Assembly (NCBI GenBank): GCA_963768805.1
Contig: CAVYJI010000019.1
Span: 277,991 to 341,990 of the forward strand
Direction: 5' to 3'
Length of the DNA: 64,000 bases
From: an uncultured Bacteroidales bacterium
Lineage (GTDB): Bacteria; Bacteroidota; Bacteroidia; Bacteroidales; FEN-979
Position numbers and translations under genes: made by a program. Of this stretch, positions 10,626 to 19,240 are shown in pieces; position 1 is the stretch's first letter; each line of letters opens with the position of its first letter. The notes under the pieces are model-generated. The model saw only the letters and a list, made by a program, of their open reading frames with translations. It was not told where the DNA came from and did not search any database.

Positions 10626-12089
10626 TTATGTTGATACTAAGTCCAAAGCTTCTTTCAAAATCATTTTATCATCGAACGGGAATCTTACACCTTTTATCTC
10701 CTGGTATGTCTCATGCCCCTTGCCGGCTACCAGGATAATATCTCCAGGGTGAGCAAGGGAACAGGCAGTTTTGATAGCTTCTTTGCGGTTTGTGATCACA
10801 AGCACTTTACTCATAAACTGAAGCTCGATTCCTTTTTTCATATCGTCGAGTATGGCTTCAGGTTCTTCAAAACGAGGATTATCGGAAGTAAGGATCACCC
10901 TGTCGCTCTGGTGGCATGCAATTTTAGCCATCACGGGTCGCTTGGCAGCATCACGGTTTCCTCCTGCTCCGACAACTGTAATGATCTTTTGTTTACTGTT
11001 GCGGATCGATTGAATGGTTCCAAGGACATTCTGCAGGGCATCAGGAGTATGTGCATAATCCACGATGGCAGTTATGTCATTCTTTGTCCTGATATAATTA
11101 AACCGGCCATCGACCGGTTCACAAAGACTAAGGCTAATCAGGATATTCTGCTTTTCTTCACCAAGCAGCATTGCAGTAGCGTAGACTGCCAAAAGGTTAT
11201 AAGCATTGAAACTACCGATCAGCTTAAACCAGGAATCCGTTCCATCCAGGGAAAGATGTAAGCCACTGAATTGGTTCTCAATGATTTTGCATCTGAAATC
11301 TGCTATCGATTGCATGCTATATGTTGAAACGGATGCTTTTGTATTTTGCACCATCGTCTTCCCATTTTTGTCGTCTTTGTTGATCAGTGCAAACGCATTA
11401 CCAGGCAGGTTATCAAAAAATGTCTTTTTTGCCTTCAGGTAGGCATCAAAGGTTTTATGATAATCCAGGTGATCATGTGTAAGGTTGGTGAAGACGCCTC
11501 CCCTGAAACTCAGGCCTGAAACCCTGTGCTGAACCAATGAATGAGAGCTTACTTCCATAAAACAATGAGTGCATCCATCACCGACCATTTGTGCCAGTAA
11601 TTCATTCAGGTGAACCGGATCAGGAGTTGTATGAGTAGATGGGATGACCTGGTCCTGAATTTTATTCTGTACGGTGGAAATCAATCCGGTTTTATAGCCA
11701 AGCTTTTGAAAAAGATGATGCAAAAGGGTAACCGTTGTTGTCTTTCCATTTGTGCCAGTGACGCCAATAAGGTTCAGAAGTGCAGAAGGATTCCCATAAA
11801 AGTTCGAGGCAATGACAGCCTTGGCATAGCTGCTGTCATTTACAAGAATAAAAGTGGCATTCCCTTCCTGGTTATCCGGAATTTTTTCACAGACTACTGC
11901 AACTGCTCCTGACTTTATTGCTTCGGGGATATACTGATGTCCATCAAGTGCAGTTCCTTTAATAGCAAAGTAGAGACAGCCTTTTTCTACGGTCCTGGAA
12001 TCAAATTTCAGTGAATATATTTCGTTTTCCAGTGATCCGGAAACTTTCTTCACTTCAATCTTACCCAGTATATCTTTCAGGTACTTCAT
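10626..12089 (-). CDS. murE: UDP-N-acetylmuramoyl-L-alanyl-D-glutamate--2,6-diaminopimelate ligase
   Basis: GVTGTNGKTTTV P-loop and the SDNPRFE motif (DNPR, typical of DAP-adding MurE); synteny. Confidence 0.95.
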   Translation of the reverse strand: MKYLKDILGKIEVKKVSGSLENEIYSLKFDSRTVEKGCLYFAIKGTALDGHQYIPEAIKSGAVAVVCEKIPDNQEGNATFILVNDSSYAKAVIASNFYGNPSALLNLIGVTGTNGKTTTVTLLHHLFQKLGYKTGLISTVQNKIQDQVIPSTHTTPDPVHLNELLAQMVGDGCTHCFMEVSSHSLVQHRVSGLSFRGGVFTNLTHDHLDYHKTFDAYLKAKKTFFDNLPGNAFALINKDDKNGKTMVQNTKASVSTYSMQSIADFRCKIIENQFSGLHLSLDGTDSWFKLIGSFNAYNLLAVYATAMLLGEEKQNILISLSLCEPVDGRFNYIRTKNDITAIVDYAHTPDALQNVLGTIQSIRNSKQKIITVVGAGGNRDAAKRPVMAKIACHQSDRVILTSDNPRFEEPEAILDDMKKGIELQFMSKVLVITNRKEAIKTACSLAHPGDIILVAGKGHETYQEIKGVRFPFDDKMILKEALDLVST

Positions 12090-12117
12090 CGTCCTTTATT
12101 CACTTTTCATTGTTCTG

Positions 12118-14247
12118 TTATCCATTCCCCAGTCCCAGGTTGAGGACAACAACGGAACCTTTTATATACATTCTTCCCGGAGTTATCGATTGTTTAATCA
12201 CATTACCTTTTCCGTTCAGCAAGACTTTCAGTCCCATCTGTTCCAGGAGAAATACAGCATCTTTCAACCCCATGCCTGTGACATCCGGCATAGTTCCCTG
12301 GTAAACAGCCGATGGCATCAGCACAATTGATGAATTATCTGAGACGGGAACTGCCCATAAGGATGCAGGGCTTACGGGTTTTGTTTTAATATTCAACCAC
12401 GCATAGGCCTCTTCCAGATCCTTCTGGGCGCCTGCATATGCACGGGGGATTATCAGGCCGCTTGTATCCAGGGGAGGAGGATTGTTGATCTCATGAAGAG
12501 TGGCAAAGATGTGGTCGGCAATCTCTTTGAATACCGGAGCGGCTACGCTACCCCCATAATATTTTCCTTTCGAAGGATTGTTGACGACCACAATAATAGA
12601 GTACTTCGGATGGTCGGCGGGGAAATACCCTACAAAAGATCCTTTATATTTAATATTTTTTGTTTCCTGTCCATAGCCTTTGTTATTCATGGCAACCTGG
12701 GCAGTTCCGGTTTTCCCGGCAACCTTATACAGTGGATTCTTCAGGGCAGTCCCGGTTCCGCGTTCCACAACTCCTTCCAGAAGTGAATGTACTTTTTCAA
12801 GTGTAGACGGCGAACAGATATGAGGATTAATGATTTCCGGCTGGAACGATTTAACCACCTGTCCATTTTTCCTGATTTCCCTCACAAAAAGGGGCTTTAC
12901 CATTACGCCGTTATTAGCTACTGCGTTGTACAGGGTCAGGGTCTGCAAAGGAGTTATGGCGACTTCATAGCCAATAGCCATCCAGGGCAGCGATAAGGCT
13001 GACCACCATTTGCTTTTCGTATCCTTGATATATGGTCTGCCTTCACCACTTATCTGGAGGTTCTGAGGAAGGTTAAGAGACATCCGATAGAGACCATCGA
13101 TATATTTCTGCGGATCATCCGAATAGGCAGAATAGATCAGTTTAGAAGTCCCGACATTAGAAGATTTCTCAAAGACCTGGCGAGCCATCAGGGTTCCTGT
13201 CAACTTATGGGCATCGGTCATTATTCTTCCATGGTAATTGACCGTGCCATTGCCCAGGTTGACGGGTTGATCAAGGCTTATCTTACCGTCTTCAAGTCCA
13301 ACGAGAAAGGATGCCAGTTTAAATGTAGATCCGGGTTCAGAACTTTCCGCTATGGCATAATTGAATACCTCTTCATATTCACCTTTTGGATTTTTGCCAA
13401 GATTGATGATCGCTTTGATATAACCGGTCTTCACTTCCATCACAATGGCACATCCATGGTCGGCGCTGTCAGCAATAAGTTCTTTTCGCAAGGCAGATTC
13501 CGCGAGATCCTGCAAATTGATATCCAAGGTTGTAATGATGTCGTCGCCATTCTGAGGGTCAACTTCGTTATCAATATCAACAGGCATCCAGCTTCCATTG
13601 CCGACCCTGCGCATGAGCCTTTTACCACCTACTCCCTGGAGATAATCGCTGAAAGAACCTTCAAGGCCAACATAAACTGCCTGTGAGGCCTCTGTATTCT
13701 CATATCCTATTGTACGCCTGGCAAGGTTCTTAAAGGGAAGTTCACGCTGGAATTGGGACATTACTATCATTCCTCCTTTATAGGTCCCCAGTCTGAGGAT
13801 CGGGAATTTCCGCATCAGTTTGAGTTGAGGATAGGTAACATCGCGGTGGATCAGGAGGAACCCATTCCCATTCCTTCTTCCTTCCCACAGGAGATTTTTA
13901 TATTCGGAAGCTTTTTTATCATTGAACAATTTTGCGAGGTGAATTGCAAGTGAATCCACCTGGGTATTAAAAAGATCGTCACTGATGAGGTCGGAACCAA
14001 TGTCCATGCGGATATCAAAAATAGGAATGGAAGTAGCCAGCAGTGTCCCATCATCTGAGCAGATATTGCCGCGCATGGCATCTACAGGGAAAAAGCGCAT
14101 TTCCTGTTTCCGGGCTTTTTCCATCAGCGCTTTCCCTTCCGTTGACCTGATGTAGATCGCTTTTCCTATTATAGTCAAGCCGAAGAGAAGGATCCCGAAG
14201 TATACAATATAAACGCGTAACAATATGTCTTTCTTGACCTCTTTCAT
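12118..14247 (-). CDS. ftsI: Penicillin-binding protein (class B transpeptidase, FtsI/PBP3-like)
   Basis: N-terminal TM helix, the transpeptidase triad STFK / SSN / KTGTA, and a C-terminal PASTA-like domain; synteny. Confidence 0.93.
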   Translation of the reverse strand: MKEVKKDILLRVYIVYFGILLFGLTIIGKAIYIRSTEGKALMEKARKQEMRFFPVDAMRGNICSDDGTLLATSIPIFDIRMDIGSDLISDDLFNTQVDSLAIHLAKLFNDKKASEYKNLLWEGRRNGNGFLLIHRDVTYPQLKLMRKFPILRLGTYKGGMIVMSQFQRELPFKNLARRTIGYENTEASQAVYVGLEGSFSDYLQGVGGKRLMRRVGNGSWMPVDIDNEVDPQNGDDIITTLDINLQDLAESALRKELIADSADHGCAIVMEVKTGYIKAIINLGKNPKGEYEEVFNYAIAESSEPGSTFKLASFLVGLEDGKISLDQPVNLGNGTVNYHGRIMTDAHKLTGTLMARQVFEKSSNVGTSKLIYSAYSDDPQKYIDGLYRMSLNLPQNLQISGEGRPYIKDTKSKWWSALSLPWMAIGYEVAITPLQTLTLYNAVANNGVMVKPLFVREIRKNGQVVKSFQPEIINPHICSPSTLEKVHSLLEGVVERGTGTALKNPLYKVAGKTGTAQVAMNNKGYGQETKNIKYKGSFVGYFPADHPKYSIIVVVNNPSKGKYYGGSVAAPVFKEIADHIFATLHEINNPPPLDTSGLIIPRAYAGAQKDLEEAYAWLNIKTKPVSPASLWAVPVSDNSSIVLMPSAVYQGTMPDVTGMGLKDAVFLLEQMGLKVLLNGKGNVIKQSITPGRMYIKGSVVVLNLGLGNG

Positions 14248-14672
14248 GGGTTCCTGTGAAGCGTATCAGTTTCTTTTTTTAAAAGAGCTTTTGAATAAAA
14301 AATCTTATATGGTGGTATTGTAGTTTCTTTTATACCCAGTTTTCCCACCTTTTTCGCGATCTCGGTTTGCTTGCACAGGTCGAGCATTTTTGCTTTTGCA
14401 GTAATTGACTGGAATCGTAGTTCTTTCAGCTCAGATTTTATCTTTTCTATTTGCTTAAAGGTCTTTTCCGTGTAGTAGGTATTACTGATGTAAAACAAGG
14501 CAAGAATAGCCAAGAAGATGAGAAATGGCACGTTATTGAGAACGGCGTGTTTTGACAGAAGATCGCCGCCGATGATATTTTGGAGCCAGTGGGAAATCTT
14601 GCCGGGTTTCCTGACCGGTCGGATCTCTCCCTTCTGGGGTTCTTGCGGAATATTGATACCTGGCTCTTCCAT
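14244..14672 (-). CDS. ftsL: FtsL-like cell division membrane protein
   Basis: 142 aa with one TM helix (VPFLIFLAILALFYISNTYY) followed by a coiled-coil-like segment. It holds the conserved slot between rsmH and ftsI, with a 4-nt overlap onto ftsI. Confidence 0.6.
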   Translation of the reverse strand: MEEPGINIPQEPQKGEIRPVRKPGKISHWLQNIIGGDLLSKHAVLNNVPFLIFLAILALFYISNTYYTEKTFKQIEKIKSELKELRFQSITAKAKMLDLCKQTEIAKKVGKLGIKETTIPPYKIFYSKALLKKETDTLHRNP

Positions 14673-14675
14673 TTG

Positions 14676-15569
14676 TCAGATCTTTTCAGCAATGCGTAAA
14701 CGTGCACTCCGTGCCCTGGGGTTCACATCGATCTCTTTCTCCTTAGGAACAATGGGTTTGCGGTTGATAACTGATAACGGGATGACGGGGTTCCCATAGA
14801 AGTCTTTTTCAAGGGTTCCTTCAAAGTTCCCCGAACGGAAATAGTTCTTTACAAGCTTATCTTCAAGGGAATGGTATGAAATAACAACAAGACGTCCACC
14901 TTTTTTCAGAACATCGTTTGCCTGGATCAGGAATTCCTTCAGTGCTTCCAGTTCCTGGTTAACTTCTATTCTCAATGACTGGAAGACCTGTGCGAAAAAT
15001 TTATTTTCTTTTCCTCTTTCTGCGGCAGGCATCAGCACTTTCCTTAATTCCATTGTAGTGTTAACCGGCTTCTCTTTTCGTGCTGCTACGATGAGTCTCG
15101 CTATTTTTTTTGAATTCGGCAAGTTGCCAAATTCACGGAAAAGTGCTGATAATTTTTCTTCAGGATAGCGATTCACTATATCTTTTGCAGATAGTTTTTT
15201 ATCCCTGTTCATGCGCATATCCAATTCCCCTTCAAGACGTGTTGAAAATCCTCTTCCGGGCTGGTCAATCTGGTAAGATGAGATCCCAAGATCGGCGAGG
15301 ATCCCATCGACGGGAATAGATTTGTAAAGCTTTAGGAGGTTTCGGAGGTACCTGAAATTATTGTGGATCAAGATCAATCTGTTATCATTAACCTTATTGT
15401 CAAGTGCGTCTTCATCCTGGTCGAATGCAAATAATTTTCCATTTTTTAATTCTTTGAGGATTGCTATTGAATGACCGCCTCCGCCATAGGTTGCATCCAC
15501 GTATATACCATCTGGTCGTATCATCAGCGCCTTAATGGTTTCTTCCAGGAGAACGCTTTTATGAAACAT
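14676..15569 (-). CDS. rsmH: 16S rRNA (cytosine1402-N4)-methyltransferase
   Basis: YVDATYGGGGHS SAM motif, SYHSLEDKLVK, and a C-terminal NPRARSARLR. Confidence 0.95.
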   Translation of the reverse strand: MFHKSVLLEETIKALMIRPDGIYVDATYGGGGHSIAILKELKNGKLFAFDQDEDALDNKVNDNRLILIHNNFRYLRNLLKLYKSIPVDGILADLGISSYQIDQPGRGFSTRLEGELDMRMNRDKKLSAKDIVNRYPEEKLSALFREFGNLPNSKKIARLIVAARKEKPVNTTMELRKVLMPAAERGKENKFFAQVFQSLRIEVNQELEALKEFLIQANDVLKKGGRLVVISYHSLEDKLVKNYFRSGNFEGTLEKDFYGNPVIPLSVINRKPIVPKEKEIDVNPRARSARLRIAEKI

Positions 15570-16035
15570 CTTCCGGTTCTTCAGGTTTATTGAGTTTCCC
15601 CATCACTTTTTCCGCCAGGTTTGAATACTCTTCATCTGACATCTTAAGATGATGTTCATATTCCTCTTTTGCCCATATTTCAATGCGGTTCGAAAAGGCG
15701 GATAAGATCAGATCTTTATGAATCGACGCATATTCTAATAAAGTCTTAGGAATAAGTACCCGGTTACTGGTATCAAGTTGAACTTCAGTTGCCCCCCTGT
15801 TAAAATTGCGGGCAAAGATCCTGTGATCTTTAATAAACAGGTTAAGTTGATTAACCACCCTGCTGACCTCTGCCCACTCACTCATCGGGTACATGGTAAG
15901 GCAGTTCTCAAATCCCCGGTTGATGACAAATTTCTCCTGCGCTTCCGGAGGAATTTGTTTCTTCAGCCCGGCAGGAATGATGATCCGTCCTTTGTCGTCG
16001 ATCCTGCATTCATATTCACCGTGAAGAATGGTCAT
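15559..16035 (-). CDS. mraZ: Transcriptional regulator MraZ. The start is set at Met 16035; the 176-aa track ORF runs upstream into the operator.
   Basis: Two SpoVT/AbrB-like halves (DDKGRIIIP and DTSNRVLIP). It is the first gene of the dcw cluster. Confidence 0.92.
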   Translation of the reverse strand: MTILHGEYECRIDDKGRIIIPAGLKKQIPPEAQEKFVINRGFENCLTMYPMSEWAEVSRVVNQLNLFIKDHRIFARNFNRGATEVQLDTSNRVLIPKTLLEYASIHKDLILSAFSNRIEIWAKEEYEHHLKMSDEEYSNLAEKVMGKLNKPEEPEDVS

Positions 16036-16072
16036 GACTTGATAAAAATTTGAAGGTGTAAATATAGAATAT

Positions 16073-16099
16073 TCCCCACTATTCCCCACCTGTCCCCAC
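16073..16099 (-). promoter_or_regulatory. Putative MraZ operator: three direct GTGGGGA repeats with exact 10-bp phasing
   Basis: The plus strand reads TCCCCAC at 16073-16079, 16083-16089 and 16093-16099, which is 38-64 bp upstream of the mraZ start. This matches the known architecture of MraZ boxes: direct G-rich repeats at 10-bp spacing. Confidence 0.6.
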
Positions 16100-16192
16100 T
16101 GATTTTTTTGTAAATTGTTAATAACTTTTTTTAAAGAATCAGTAAATAGCTCATTTTATGTATCTTACAAAACATAAGTAAAAAAAAGTTGT

Positions 16193-16338
16193 AATCACGG
16201 GTATAAACCCTAGGGCAAGCCCTGTACCTAAATTCCGCCCCAAGGGGCGGGATATTATACCCTCCGACTTCGTCGGGATTGTTCAACTATCAATTTTAAT
16301 TCACTATGTTCTTAAAATTGAAGTTTCACGAATAAATC
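16193..16338 (+). repeat. 146-bp structured intergenic repeat, copy 1 (upstream of the sigma-54 regulator gene)
   Basis: 138/146 identical to 17753-17898, and the last 66 bp are identical. It contains palindromes AGGGCAAGCCCT (16212-16223), CCGCCCCAAGGGGCGG (16235-16250) and CCGACTTCGTCGG (16264-16276). Confidence 0.9.
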
Positions 16339-16436
16339 GTATGTGGAAAATGGAGAGCTGCAATTTTGAATGTGGTTGAATTCAAGGAACAGGAGAATTC
16401 AAATTTCTCTTATCTTTGAAAAAATAATAGACGCCA

Positions 16437-17597
16437 ATGCCGAGGATCCTGGTAATCGATGATGAAAAAAGTATTCGTAATACATTACGTGAAATTCTGC
16501 AATATGAAAAGTATGAAGTAGATGATGTTGCGAATGGCCCGGATGGTCTGAAATTTTTAGAATCAAATAAATACAATGCAATCCTGTGCGATATTAAAAT
16601 GCCGGGGATGGATGGCATTGAAGTGCTTGAAAAAATTCTTCTGATGGTTGATACACCTGTCATCATGATCTCAGGGCATGGGACCATTGATACCGCTGTT
16701 GAAGCCATCAAGAAAGGGGCATTCGATTACATTTCAAAGCCTCTGGATTTAAACCGTCTTCTGATAACAATCAGGAATGCGTTGGAGAAATCGAACCTGG
16801 TCAATGAAACGAAGGTCCTTAAAAGGAAGATAAATGGAGTCCACGAAATGATCGGTGAATCAGAAGCAATGCATAAGGTAAAAGACCTTATCGCCAAAGT
16901 AGCTCCGACCGATGCGCGTGTTCTGATCACCGGTGAAAGTGGAACGGGGAAGGAACTTGTTGCCCGTTGGTTGCATGCATTGAGTAATCGTTCAGAAAAT
17001 CCATTCATTGAAGTAAATTGTGCTGCCATTCCTTCCGAGCTTATTGAGAGCAACCTTTTTGGACATGAAAAGGGGTCTTTTACTTCTGCCATCAGGCAGA
17101 GAAAAGGAGATTTTGAGCTGGCTAATGGAGGCACATTATTCCTGGATGAAATAGGGGATATGAGTCTTTCTGCTCAATCCAAGGTTCTGAGGGCCCTGCA
17201 GGAAAATAAGATAACACGGGTAGGTGGGGAAAAAGAAATCCCAGTTGATGTCAGGGTAATTGCCGCAACGAACAAAAACATAAAGGAAGAGCTGGAGAAA
17301 AAAAATTTCCGTGAGGATCTCTATCACAGGTTAAGTGTAATACTTATTGATATACCACCTCTTTCCAAACGGCTTGATGACCTTCCACTACTGACCAACC
17401 ACTTTATTGGCGAAATCTGCCAACACCAGGGGAAAGCCCCGCTTGCGATCATGGATGAAGCTTTAGAAGCTTTGAAAAAGATAAGGTGGACAGGGAATAT
17501 CCGTGAGTTACGAAACGTAATCGAGCGGTTGGTGATTCTTTGTGATGGAAAGATAACAGAAGCGGATGTCAAAAAGTATTCGATGCCATTGTACTAG
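16437..17597 (+). CDS. Sigma-54-dependent response regulator (REC plus AAA+ domains, no C-terminal HTH)
   Basis: The REC domain carries the [12 protein letters not shown] acceptor region. The AAA+ domain has Walker A GESGTGKE, Walker B LFLDEI, the sigma-54 contact loop GSFTSA and the R-finger RELRN. The protein ends about 25 aa after the AAA+ lid. Confidence 0.9.
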   Translation: MPRILVIDDEKSIRNTLREILQYEKYEVDDVANGPDGLKFLESNKYNAILCDIKMPGMDGIEVLEKILLMVDTPVIMISGHGTIDTAVEAIKKGAFDYISKPLDLNRLLITIRNALEKSNLVNETKVLKRKINGVHEMIGESEAMHKVKDLIAKVAPTDARVLITGESGTGKELVARWLHALSNRSENPFIEVNCAAIPSELIESNLFGHEKGSFTSAIRQRKGDFELANGGTLFLDEIGDMSLSAQSKVLRALQENKITRVGGEKEIPVDVRVIAATNKNIKEELEKKNFREDLYHRLSVILIDIPPLSKRLDDLPLLTNHFIGEICQHQGKAPLAIMDEALEALKKIRWTGNIRELRNVIERLVILCDGKITEADVKKYSMPLY

Positions 17598-17752
17598 TGT
17601 TGATAGTTGCCGCTGCATCCATGTAAACCATTTTCATACATTTTTAGTACCACATTACTACTTCCTCATTCATCGGGAATCGAGGTACAGAAGGAAATGA
17701 AAAGGGCCGGGGAATTTAAGGGTAAATAACCATCACAGTGTATTATATCAAA

Positions 17753-17898
17753 AATCACGTGTATAAACCCCAGGGCAAGCCCTGGACCCTAATTCCGCCC
17801 CAAGGGGCGGGGTATTATACACTCCGACTTCATCGGGATTGTTCAACTATCAATTTTAATTCACTATGTTCTTAAAATTGAAGTTTCACGAATAAATC
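17753..17898 (+). repeat. 146-bp structured intergenic repeat, copy 2 (upstream of the PqqD-like gene)
   Basis: Same element as 16193-16338, offset by exactly 1560 bp in the same orientation. Confidence 0.9.
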
Positions 17899-17935
17899 AA
17901 GGTCATATAAACAAAAACTAATCTCAAAAGAATCC

Positions 17936-18196
17936 ATGAAACTGCGAAAAAATGTTGCTGTAAGTGAAGCGGGTTTACTTTTCAATCCGGTGACCGGGGA
18001 ATCTTTTTCGGTTAACCCGATTGGTGTTGATATCATTAATCTGATCCGGGAAGACAAAGGGTTGGAGTACATCAGTAAATTCATACTTGCGAAGTATGAA
18101 ACAGATAAGGCCACATTTGAAAAAGATTATAATGATTTTATCGGGATCCTGGGACATAACAACCTTATAGAGACAAATGAAGAAAAGAAAGCTTAA
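17936..18196 (+). CDS. PqqD-family small protein (peptide-chaperone/RRE-like)
   Basis: 86 aa. Shows the LFNPVTGESFSVNPIGVDIINLI... pattern typical of PqqD-like winged-helix proteins. It overlaps the next gene by 20 nt. Confidence 0.65.
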   Translation: MKLRKNVAVSEAGLLFNPVTGESFSVNPIGVDIINLIREDKGLEYISKFILAKYETDKATFEKDYNDFIGILGHNNLIETNEEKKA

Positions 18197-19223
18197 CATT
18201 GCCATCACCGGGTTGAATGCGATAGACAGTCCGGGTCCCGGTATTCCTGTAATAAGAGCGCTGAGAGAGGCATCATCATTCGATGTAAGGATCATTGGTC
18301 TTTCCTATGAATCGCTTGAGCCGGGCATTTATATGCACGACCTTGTGGACCGCACCTATTCAATTCCTTATCCCACAGCCGGGACCGACACTTTACTTGC
18401 CCGTCTTGAATATATTCATGAAAAGGAGAAACTTGATGTGATCATCCCAAACTTCGATTCAGAACTTTTCCCGTTTATCAAACTGGAAATCAAACTCAGG
18501 GCACTTGGCATTCACATGTTCCTGCCGACGATTCATCAGTTTGAAGAGAGACAAAAGGTTAATCTCAATGAATTTGGGAAGAAGTACAACTTAAAAATCC
18601 CGAAAAGCAAAGCTGTTTGGGATCCAAATAACCTGTCCGGACTCAAGTCAGAATTCTCATTCCCCATGATCGTTAAAGGGAAATTTTACGAAGCCTCAGT
18701 TGCATACAGCATCGACCAGGTAAAAAGTTATTTCAATAAAATAAGCGCAAAATGGGGACTTCCCATCATCATCCAGGAATTCATCCTTGGGACAGAATAC
18801 AATGTGACCGGGCTAGGCGACGGCAAAGGCAATACAATTGCAGCTGTTCCGATGCGCAAACAATATATCACAGACAAGGGAAAAGCATGGGGAGGCATTT
18901 CGATCGCTGATGAGAAGATGATTGATATGACCCGCAAATTCCTGAAAACCACAAAATGGCGGGGCGGTTTTGAGTTAGAGCTGATGAAAAACAAAGACGA
19001 TGAGCTTTACCTGTTAGAAATAAACCCCAGACTGCCGGCATGGATCTACCTTGCAGTAGGAGTCGGACAAAATATTCCAGAAGCACTGGTCAACCTGGCC
19101 ATGGGAGTAAAAGTGAAACCTTTTACCACCTACGACGTAGGAAAAATGTTCATACGTTATTCATGGGATATGATCGTCGACAGGGAAGAATTCGAGAAGA
19201 TCAGCATTTACGGAGAGTTATAA
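18177..19223 (+). CDS. ATP-grasp domain ligase (carboxylate-amine ligase type)
   Basis: 348 aa with the ATP-grasp core: FPMIVKGKF, IIIQEFILGTEYNV, and ELYLLEINPRLPAW (the E-x-N Mg/ATP motif). Confidence 0.85.
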   Translation: MKKRKLNIAITGLNAIDSPGPGIPVIRALREASSFDVRIIGLSYESLEPGIYMHDLVDRTYSIPYPTAGTDTLLARLEYIHEKEKLDVIIPNFDSELFPFIKLEIKLRALGIHMFLPTIHQFEERQKVNLNEFGKKYNLKIPKSKAVWDPNNLSGLKSEFSFPMIVKGKFYEASVAYSIDQVKSYFNKISAKWGLPIIIQEFILGTEYNVTGLGDGKGNTIAAVPMRKQYITDKGKAWGGISIADEKMIDMTRKFLKTTKWRGGFELELMKNKDDELYLLEINPRLPAWIYLAVGVGQNIPEALVNLAMGVKVKPFTTYDVGKMFIRYSWDMIVDREEFEKISIYGEL

Positions 19224-19240
19224 CAATAAAAACATAAGAG

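Noticed and set aside
16382-16711. 109-aa minus-strand ORF overlapping the start of the sigma-54 regulator gene
   Set aside because: It is antisense to a CDS with clear REC-domain motifs, so it is a shadow ORF.
17698-17730. 10-codon ORF ATGAAAAGGGCCGGGGAATTTAAGGGTAAATAA, considered as a possible precursor peptide
   Set aside because: It is a single copy with no conservation evidence or sequence features. It cannot be distinguished from chance in AT-rich intergenic DNA.
17598-17935. Search for a sigma-54 (-24 TGGCAC / -12 TTGC) promoter upstream of the PqqD/ATP-grasp operon
   Set aside because: No acceptable match was found by eye. The only TTGC (17609-17612, within GTTGATAGTTGCC) lacks a GG at the right spacing. 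I therefore do not claim that the adjacent activator controls this operon.
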